In this document: one piece after another, positions 1 through 7,600 of the stretch | How positions within the stretch are numbered: the stretch's first letter is position 1 | Layout: every line of letters starts with the position of its first letter | From: a virus | Lineage: Duplodnaviria; Caudoviricetes | Strand: one strand, 5' to 3' | DNA: 25,532 bases | IMG/VR virus record: IMGVR_UViG_3300032233_000812 | Location: 1 to 25,532 of that record | The notes under the pieces: generated by a model | What the model was told of the DNA's origin: nothing | Databases searched by the model: none | What the model saw: only the letters and a program-made list of their open reading frames with translations | Made by a program: the position numbers and the translations under genes

Positions 1-180
1 CGCCTCGTTGGACATCTCGGTCAGCACCCCCTGCTCCTCGCGCAACCACTTCGCGGTCGCCCGTAGGGACTGGCCTTGGTCAATGAGCCGCTTGTGCAGT
101 TCGGGGAAGCACTTGAGGTTCCGCAGCGCAACGGACTTGGTCGCACGGCTTACCGGCTTGGTTTTGGAGTGAGACGCCAT
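1..180 (-). CDS. 5' part of a hypothetical protein running off the window (MASHSKTKPVSRATK...LRATAKWLREEQG; possible HTH)
   Basis: ATG at 180, 60 open codons to the window edge, same strand as the other genes. Confidence 0.6.
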   Translation of the reverse strand, partial: MASHSKTKPVSRATKSVALRNLKCFPELHKRLIDQGQSLRATAKWLREEQGVLTEMSNEA

Positions 181-186
181 GTCAAC

Positions 187-216
187 AGTCTACCAGCGTT
201 GATGTACCGGCGTCAT
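187..216 (-). promoter_or_regulatory. Putative sigma70-like promoter for a leaderless transcript
   Basis: ATGACG (216-211), 18-nt spacer, TAGACT (192-187), 6 nt, then ATG at 180; no SD visible. Confidence 0.35.
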
Positions 217-220
217 GCCG

Positions 221-2977
221 CTACTTCGCACTCCAGTCGTCGCCGCCGCCGACTTCCGCCGCTGTGGGCACTTGGGCCATCATGGGGGCCATGCCCTCCA
301 TCATGCCGTCGTAGAGCGCCTTCTGAGCCGCCTCGGCCATGCCCTCTTCGTCAATGTGCTCCAAGATGATCTCGTCGTGAACCATGTGAATCATCCCCAC
401 TTTGGCTCCCTTGCCTAGGAGTGGAGGCTGGTTCCCGTTGAGGACTCGGATCTTGTCGTAGACGACACGAAGACTGTTCTTCAGTCCGTCTGCGCCGGAC
501 CCTTGGACAGGGCTGTTGAAGAACTCGTTGTGGGCGCGGTCGTCTCGGATGAGTCGGCGTCGGCCCCAGAGTGTTCGGGTCTCTCCGATGCGCTTGCCGG
601 AGTTGATGGCGAACTCATGCCAAGCGGCGATGCCGTAGTAGGCTTCAAAGAACTTGCGTCGGAACTTCTTCGCCTGCGCCTCAGACATCGACACGCCATA
701 GCCAGCCTTTGCGTAGAGGACGAGCTTCGCAGCCTGCATCCCGTAGATGAATCCGAAGTTGACCGGCTTCGCCTGCTGCCGTTCGGGCTTCGTGATGTCC
801 TTCTCTTCCTTGCCGGACAGCAGAGCAGCGGTGGCGTAGTGCGCGTCTCGGTCGTCTTGGAAGACCTTGATGAGCGCCTTGTCCTTGCTGATCTCGGCCA
901 CCAGCCGCATCTCGATGTTCGACCAGTCGCAGATGGCGAGCTTGCGCCCAGGCTCTGCTCGGAAGCACTCACGGAACGCTTTGCCGCGAGGAATCTGCTG
1001 GAGGTTGGGCTTTGAGCAGTTGTGCGAGAAGACGCCGCACGTTTCGTAACTCTCGTCCTCGTCTACGGTGAGGTCATAGACTTCAAGGCTTCCCGCAGGG
1101 TGGATTTCCGCAACGCTAACGACAGACTGTCCTGCGCCTGCAACGAGTGAATCTCTCGATGCCCGCGTTTCGTGACGAGCGCTAGGTTGTCCAGAGTGTT
1201 GTTCTTCGGGTTGCCGTCGATGTGGTGTACGTCCATCCCCTCGGGGATGCTCTCCAGACCCAGCGCTTCCATCATCATCACGCGGTGTACGAAGTACCGC
1301 TTCTCGTTCCATAGACAGGTCAGATAGCCGTACCCGTCCTCGCACAGCCCCTTCCAGTTGTGATGCGCCTCGCCCTTCTTGCCGTGCATCGGGTTCTTCG
1401 ACCCTACCTTGGAGACGGAGTACCGAAGGGCTGCCAGCGCCTTCCGTTCCGCTTCCGGCAAGCAGAGTCTCACTACCGCTTGAGCGTTGTGAAAAGTCGT
1501 CCCCAGTTCCTTGGCGATGTCCACCAGCCTCGGCAGTTCGGGACTCCTGTAGCGGTTCAAAACCTCCCGCTGGTTGTTCTCGTTCTGCACCCAAGTCTTC
1601 GATACGCTCATCGTAAAGCTCCCGTACGGTCTTCCAGCTACCGTCAGCGAGCAAAATACGGTGGTCGTCGGTGCAAGTCAAAACCTCCCCGTTGCTAAAC
1701 CGCACCGCGTAGGTCGGTTGCGTGCCTTGCGGTAGGAAGGCTGTAACCGTTCTCCAGCGCCCCTTGTGCGTCCACACCTCGTCGCCCACCCTTATGTCGC
1801 GGATGGGTTTTATGCCTTCTCGCGTGCGTACGGGCGTCCACGGGGCCACGCAGGCGTAGCGACCAGCATCCGTGTACGGGTAGTACGAGCAATGGATGCG
1901 CTCGGTCACCGGATGGAGGTTCTCTAGGTAGTCCGGCCCGAAGGACTTGCACGCCTGTGCGTAGCCTCGGAACTCAATGAACTTCTCTAGGATCGGCCAC
2001 TTCTCGGCCTCCATCGCGAGCGTGATCTCCTTCGTCTCCCTCAGAGGCACCACGCTCTTCTGGCGCGTTTCGGGGTCCACCCATGTCTGGGTGACTCCCA
2101 GCTTCTGAAGCGCCTTCAGCACCTGTGCGGGGGAGTTGAGGTTGAACGGCTCCTGCGTCTTGACCTTCTTGACCCGCCCCTTTTTCTTCTTCGGCTCAAC
2201 GCCCAGTAACGTGCCCTGCGGTTCGGGTGGCTCTTCTGGCGGCGGCTCGGGGATAGGGTTCGGGTTGGGCAGACCGTCCAGTACCACCGCTTCCAGAGCG
2301 CGGCGGCGAGCGTCGTCCTGTGCAGCCCGCTTCAGCCACATCTCGGAGTCGAGGTAGAAGCCGTTCAGTTCGATGCTGGCCTCGGGTAGGACGGCTTGGA
2401 ACTCAAGTTGGGCGATCTTCACCAACCCCGCCTGTACCAGCTTCGGCTTGAGCACCTCGCGGAGCCGCAGCAGCTTGTCTACGTCGTCAGCCGCATAGTC
2501 GAGTTGCGCTTGTGTCAGTTCGCCGTCCCAGTCAGACGCGGCGAGGTCTTCCACCTCGGGGTTCTCTTTCAGTTCCCGCTTGTAGAGCGACCAGAGGTCA
2601 TGCCCGATATTCGGCAACCCTGCGTACAGGATGTTGCTGGCGCGGTAGCAGTCGAAGACCTTCTTGAACTCGACGCCGTAGTGCCAGAGCAGCCACTTCT
2701 GGTCGAACTTGATGTTCTGCCCCACGATGACCGCAGCGGTCTCGTTGAGCGCGGAAGCGACTGGACCCAGTCCTTCCGTCTTGTAGGCGTCGATGACGTA
2801 GCGGTTCTTGCCTGTGTTCAGCGAGCATAGCCGGATACGGCCTGTCAGCGGATCTACGGAGCCACCGCCGCCTATACGAGCGGTCTCCAAGTCCAGCGCG
2901 ACTGCGCTGGCTTGCCGGACCTCGCTGGCGATGGCTGGAAGTAGGTCAGCGGACGTAACGAGGGTGTACGGACGCAA
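221..2977 (-). CDS. polA: Family A DNA polymerase (3'-5' exonuclease plus polymerase, no 5'-3' exonuclease), intein-containing
   Basis: Exo motifs DLET, NIKFD, YAADD; GRYA/CSKPNLQQIP; motif A DWSNIEMR; motif B RQQAKPVNFGFIYG; motif C VHDE; TTG start preceded by AAGGAG. Confidence 0.96.
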   Translation of the reverse strand: MRPYTLVTSADLLPAIASEVRQASAVALDLETARIGGGGSVDPLTGRIRLCSLNTGKNRYVIDAYKTEGLGPVASALNETAAVIVGQNIKFDQKWLLWHYGVEFKKVFDCYRASNILYAGLPNIGHDLWSLYKRELKENPEVEDLAASDWDGELTQAQLDYAADDVDKLLRLREVLKPKLVQAGLVKIAQLEFQAVLPEASIELNGFYLDSEMWLKRAAQDDARRRALEAVVLDGLPNPNPIPEPPPEEPPEPQGTLLGVEPKKKKGRVKKVKTQEPFNLNSPAQVLKALQKLGVTQTWVDPETRQKSVVPLRETKEITLAMEAEKWPILEKFIEFRGYAQACKSFGPDYLENLHPVTERIHCSYYPYTDAGRYACVAPWTPVRTREGIKPIRDIRVGDEVWTHKGRWRTVTAFLPQGTQPTYAVRFSNGEVLTCTDDHRILLADGSWKTVRELYDERIEDLGAEREQPAGGFEPLQESRTAEAGGHRQGTGDDFSQRSSGSETLLAGSGTEGAGSPSVLRLQGRVEEPDARQEGRGASQLEGAVRGRVRLSDLSMEREAVLRTPRDDDGSAGSGEHPRGDGRTPHRRQPEEQHSGQPSARHETRASRDSLVAGAGQSVVSVAEIHPAGSLEVYDLTVDEDESYETCGVFSHNCSKPNLQQIPRGKAFRECFRAEPGRKLAICDWSNIEMRLVAEISKDKALIKVFQDDRDAHYATAALLSGKEEKDITKPERQQAKPVNFGFIYGMQAAKLVLYAKAGYGVSMSEAQAKKFRRKFFEAYYGIAAWHEFAINSGKRIGETRTLWGRRRLIRDDRAHNEFFNSPVQGSGADGLKNSLRVVYDKIRVLNGNQPPLLGKGAKVGMIHMVHDEIILEHIDEEGMAEAAQKALYDGMMEGMAPMMAQVPTAAEVGGGDDWSAK
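1063..1611 (-). CDS. HNH homing endonuclease encoded in an alternative (+1) frame inside the intein
   Basis: FVHRV...DVHHIDGNPKNNTLDNLALV..RGH..IH HNH motif; NUMOD3-like SKVGSKNPMHGKKG; HTH-like LVDIAKELG; own SD. Confidence 0.9.
   Translation of the reverse strand: MSVSKTWVQNENNQREVLNRYRSPELPRLVDIAKELGTTFHNAQAVVRLCLPEAERKALAALRYSVSKVGSKNPMHGKKGEAHHNWKGLCEDGYGYLTCLWNEKRYFVHRVMMMEALGLESIPEGMDVHHIDGNPKNNTLDNLALVTKRGHREIHSLQAQDSLSLALRKSTLREALKSMTSP
1619..1623 (-). promoter_or_regulatory. Shine-Dalgarno site for the nested HNH gene
   Basis: GGGAG-CTTTACG-ATG (7-nt spacing), embedded in intein codons R-E-L-Y-D. Confidence 0.65.
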
Positions 2978-3012
2978 GCGGTCTCCTTGAGGCTCTGCGC
3001 CTCCGGCAGGGT

Positions 3013-3038
3013 GTAACTCGCTCGGTCTCGGCTGTTAC
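3013..3038 (-). promoter_or_regulatory. GTAAC-N16-GTTAC element upstream of polA
   Basis: Perfect match; contains the TAA stop of the upstream zeta-like gene. Confidence 0.8.
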
Positions 3039-4687
3039 GGAAACCAGTCCGCCTTCGTCCAGATGCCGTTGCCTTGGTACTCGTAGAAGCTACCCTTCAC
3101 CATCTTGATGGTCCCGACTTTTGCCTCGGTTTGAGCCGCAGGGGTCTCTACAGACACGGCTACAGGGTCCAGCAAAGGTTCGGTGTAGCCCTGTCCAGCA
3201 GGCACAAGCTGCTTCCGTTCTGTAGTGGCATCGAGGTTCAGCGCTCGGGTGTACAGGTCGCATAACTTCTTGAAGTCGTCAGTCATCGCCTCCTCCATAG
3301 AGGACATAACTCGACGGCTACCCTTTGCTTCCTGCCACCAACGTGAAGTCCCTGCCGTGGAGATGGTGCCGTCCGGCAGCTTCTCGGAGGAGTGTATGAG
3401 CGCGGCTTGGCCTACGTCCGTCGTGTCGAAGACTGCCGCCTCATCTACAAGAGGCTCAAGTTGTCGGAAGTTCTGCGGGAGCACCGAGTGGAGGCGGTCG
3501 ATCATCGCGTTGTCGATGAAGCGCCCCGTCTCTCGCCCTCGGGCCTCCGCTCGCATCTTGAGGAGGTCTTTGCCGGATACTTGGTCATCTCCCTTGGCGT
3601 GAGCCATGAGCAGTTTTACCGTGTATCCGCGCTGCTTGAGCCGGTCGATGGTCTGCGCGTACCAGCCTGCATTCCCGCCTACGCCGTCGAGGACGAAGCT
3701 GTATCGCTCCCCAGGGCGGCGAGGATCATCTGTCATCGCCCGTTCCAGCGCCTCGTCATTGAGTTGCGTGACTTCGTTGTGGACGATCTTGGCTGCGTTC
3801 TTAGCCTTCAGCGCCCGTGCAGCGGTGTACTCGGGAATGGACTCACGATGCTTATCGGGGTCCAGCACCACCAAGTCAGTAGGGATGTCTTCTTCCATCG
3901 GCTGCGTGTGCAGCAGGGTAGACAACGCGCTCTTTCCGCTGGCAGGCAGACCCATTGTGATGACGGCTACAGGGTTCGCCGTTCTACGCTTGCCCGCGAA
4001 CAGCTTGTCCAACACGCGGTTGTGCAGCCGCTGGCGCTCGGGAGTCAGTCGGCCATTTACGATGTGCGCGGACAACGAGTCGGTAGGAAGCGAGGGGTCG
4101 CTGTCTTTCCACGTCTCCCCCTCCGAGAAGGCAGGAACGAAGCTGTCGTCAGCGGCCTTCTTGACCTGTTTCCAAGAGCCGTCTGGGTACTTCATGTAGT
4201 ACTCGTCGCGGCTCTGCCAGTAGTGGACGGTGCCTGGAGGAGCTTCCTTCGCCTCTCGCAAAGCACGGTAGTCGGCCTCGATCTCCGCGCTATCCTCCGT
4301 CTGCTCTTCAGCCGGAGCGTACGTCTCGGTGTACCACTCGGGCACTTCGTACTCGTACAGCCAGAGTTGTAGGTCACTAGGCCGCACAATGTTGGCAGCT
4401 TCTTCGGGAGTCAGTCCGTACGCCGTAGGACGCTCTCGTACCGCGTCGATGGTGACCGGATTGAAGACGATCTCGCCGCCTTCGGGCAGCGTAGCCACCA
4501 CACGCTTGTCCTCATCCCGCAGGCTCTTGAAGGACAACGAGAGGATAGGCTTCGCCGCTTCTTCGTCGGTGAAGAAGATCCAGTTCTTGCCGTCCTCTGA
4601 GGAGGGGCCGCGAACCAACAGGCCGTCGAGGTACGCCTGCTGCCCGCCCGCCTTCAGCGTGTACAGCGTGTAGAAGTTCAGCGGCAT
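3035..4687 (-). CDS. Multidomain protein with a zeta-toxin-like P-loop kinase domain
   Basis: VITMGLPASGKS Walker A, LDPD, FVLDG, LKQRGYTVKLL, RAEARGRETGRFI; N-terminal ~200 aa of unknown function. Confidence 0.8.
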   Translation of the reverse strand: MPLNFYTLYTLKAGGQQAYLDGLLVRGPSSEDGKNWIFFTDEEAAKPILSLSFKSLRDEDKRVVATLPEGGEIVFNPVTIDAVRERPTAYGLTPEEAANIVRPSDLQLWLYEYEVPEWYTETYAPAEEQTEDSAEIEADYRALREAKEAPPGTVHYWQSRDEYYMKYPDGSWKQVKKAADDSFVPAFSEGETWKDSDPSLPTDSLSAHIVNGRLTPERQRLHNRVLDKLFAGKRRTANPVAVITMGLPASGKSALSTLLHTQPMEEDIPTDLVVLDPDKHRESIPEYTAARALKAKNAAKIVHNEVTQLNDEALERAMTDDPRRPGERYSFVLDGVGGNAGWYAQTIDRLKQRGYTVKLLMAHAKGDDQVSGKDLLKMRAEARGRETGRFIDNAMIDRLHSVLPQNFRQLEPLVDEAAVFDTTDVGQAALIHSSEKLPDGTISTAGTSRWWQEAKGSRRVMSSMEEAMTDDFKKLCDLYTRALNLDATTERKQLVPAGQGYTEPLLDPVAVSVETPAAQTEAKVGTIKMVKGSFYEYQGNGIWTKADWFP

Positions 4688-4688
4688 C

Positions 4689-7600
4689 TCAGTACCCCGC
4701 CGGTTTCAGATAGGTGTTGTAAAACTTCGTTTTTTCGGGAGCGGAGATCACCAAGTCCTCCACCTTCTGGCCGTTGAACTCGGTGATGCCCTCCAGCTTC
4801 AGCGCTTCGATCACCTTGTTCCGCAGTTCTGCGTTGGCTGTACGGATCTTGAGAATCTTCTCGGGACCGATACCCATGCGGAAGTCCCACTCGGCTCTTC
4901 CGGTGGAGCCGGACTCCTCCAGCGCGGGACGGCCCGAAAAAAGTCCCCCGTCGATGGCTCCGTAAGGATCGGTTCCCAGCGGCGCGTACACATCGAGCCG
5001 GTCTACAACTGCGGGGTCGTAAACCATCTCGATTTGCCCCCATTGGAACGCTTTATCGTCGGTAGAGGAAACGGGTACGGTAAACAACGAGTCAGCCCCA
5101 CCAGAGGTTTGGTCCGGCGCGTGGTTGTCGCCAGAACTTGTCGCCCCCTTGGTGCCAATCCCCATCTCCATCCGGTATCCGATACCGACAGAGCCGTTGC
5201 GTAGATGGCCGGCTACCTTTGCGGGGGTGCTCATGCCGTGAGCGACGTAGCCGAAACTCGGGTTGTTGGCGCGGATCTTCTTGTACCGCCCTGGGAGGAC
5301 AGGCGCGTTGTACCCAAAGGCCACGCGCTCCTGTCGGATGGATGCGATGTCCTCGTCCGTGTAACCCAGCGCGTTCAGTTCCTTGCGGAGGTTGTCCGCC
5401 GTGCGCTTGGACTCGGGCAACTTGTCCATCTTGGCGGGAGCCACGCTCCAGAGCAGCGCAGCCATGTTCATCTTTTCTCGGTCGGCCTTCGTCGGCTTGC
5501 GGAGCACCTCGTCAGCCAATCCGGTCTGCATCTTGTCGAGGCAGTCCTTCAGCGACTCCTCGATGGTCTTCCCAGGCTGCGGGTAGATGTCCGCGAAAAC
5601 TCGTCCCATCGCGGTCTTCTTCCCGTCCGAGGTGTTGCAGAGGCGTACCTTGCTGTCACCCGCTGACCACGAACTCGCCTTGAAAACGTCGGTGGTGTTG
5701 CCTGTCTTCGGCCCATCTTTCCATGAGTCCGTAGCCGCGTCGTACGTCGCTCGGGTGTAGTGGAAGTCGTCCGGCTTACCTCCGCTAATCTTGCTCCATG
5801 TCGGTTCTCGGAGCTTGAAGGAGAAGCGGTAGTAGGGCTTTCCAGCGGTATCCAACCTACGCTGCACGAACATGGTCTGGTGTTCGATGGCACCACCATC
5901 CGCGAGCAGCGCCTTGGCTGTTCCGATCTCTCGGTTTTCGATCCCCTTGATCTGCTCAACCGACTCCGTCGCCTCGGGACTCTTCAGTTGTCCTGCCTTC
6001 GGAATCGGTACCATCTGGTTGGTCGGCGGGGGTGGCGGCGGGGGCGGGGGCGGGATGGCTTTGAGGATGCCGATAGGCGTCTTGCTGGATTTCAGCTTTT
6101 CCCACTCGTCTTTGGAGGTCACCGCAAGAACGTAGGGCGACTTCTCCTTGATAGCGACCACAGGAACGCCAGCCTGCTTCAACGCTTCCTGTGCTTCTGC
6201 GAGCGATAGGCCCGAGAGCTTCAAGACGATGTTGGGAGAGTTCGGGTCGGGTTGGCCTGCGGCGTCCTTGGGGTCTTTGGTCTTGTAGAGGTGCCCACCA
6301 GCGCCACTTGCGAAGAACTGACTGGCCGGAGCCGTCTCCCACATTTTCCCAGCGGGAGGGGGAGAGAACCCAGCCGGAACCGGCGGGATAGGAGGAGCAG
6401 GAGGCGGCGGCGGGGGGACGTAAGCAGCAGGCGTGAAGATGTCGAGTCCGGTCAGACCCAAGACACCCTTAGCCGTAGGATTCAGCGGCTTGAGCGTAGA
6501 CGGCGCGGGCTGCGCGGGAGTCGGAGCGGCCTTCGGGGCCGCAGCGTCCGCAGGCACCCACCCGCCTGCAAAGGTGTACTGGCCCTTCTTCTTCGTCCGC
6601 TTCTCGTAGAGACCCGAGATGAAGCCTTCAAAGTCGGAGCGGATGTTCTTCTTGCGCTCCAGCGCCCGCTTGTAGAACTCCGCGACCTTCTGAGAGTCGT
6701 CCTTGAAAGGAGCCGACTCTGCGAACTTCGACAACAGTTGGGTGTAGTCGCTGTCCTTGATGCCCTCGATGCGCTCGATAGCCCCCACCATATCCTTGGG
6801 GTCGAAGTCCATCGAGCCGTCTGCAAACGCCCGCCAGAACTTGTTGTAGTACGCCTCGTCCTCACCGTAGGCGGCGTTCGGATGGTAGTCCGTCGAGAGC
6901 TTCGTATCCGGCGGGATAGTGGTTCCACCGGCAGGGAATCCGCCCATGAAGTACTTGAAGCCCTGCTCCTTGTCGATGGAGACGATGGAGCCGTCCGGTC
7001 GAATCAGAAGGTTGTCGCCGTGCGTATCGTGCTGCGAGAGCAACCAGTCGAGTGCGTGCTCCTCCGCGATGTCCTTCTTGGCGGACGCTGAAAGCGAGGC
7101 CGGAGAGGTTCCCTTGCCGAGCGGCTTGGAGTTTTCGATCCAAGGCTGGATGGTCGCAGGAACGCCCTTGTACCCGCCTGGGATGCTACCAACAGCAAGG
7201 CTCTTGCCAGGTCGAACCACCGATGACACTTGGGAGAAGATCTCCTGCGCGGCAGCGCGATACGGCTGCGGCTTCATGGTCCCACCGCGAGATACCGCCT
7301 GCTTGACGACGTACTTCTTCCCGTACCCGTCATAGAACAGGAAGCTCTGACCCGTAGACCCTGCCACCTTCTCGTTCTTGGTCGTGAGCGAAGAGAAGTC
7401 GGGGATTGGCGAGGGCGACAGGACGCTCCCTACAGGCGGCGCGGAGGGACTGCTCGTCGGTTCGGGAGGAAGCGCCCCGATACCGGCGGTGTTCTTCTTT
7501 TTCTTCTTGGGTTCTGGCTCTTCCGCCTCAAACGTGAACTGGTCTTCGGGACCGATGTCCCCACGCGCCCGCAGTAGGCCGGTGACCAGCCCCTCCAAGT

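Larger units (their letters stand above)
1019..1852 (-). mobile_element. Intein (278 aa) in polA
   Basis: Starts CVAPWTPV (block A); block B LTCTDDHRIL; block F VYDLTVDEDESY; ends SHN followed by extein Cys; removal restores AGRYA-CSKPNLQQIP, equivalent to TGRLSSxxPNLQNIP. Confidence 0.95.

Noticed and set aside
4685-4691. Stop-codon readthrough fusing the giant protein to the zeta-like protein
   Set aside because: The two ORFs are out of frame (TGA-G-ATG); translational coupling is simpler
6024-6054. G-rich run as a functional G-quadruplex
   Set aside because: Fully explained by the poly-proline linker codons on the minus strand
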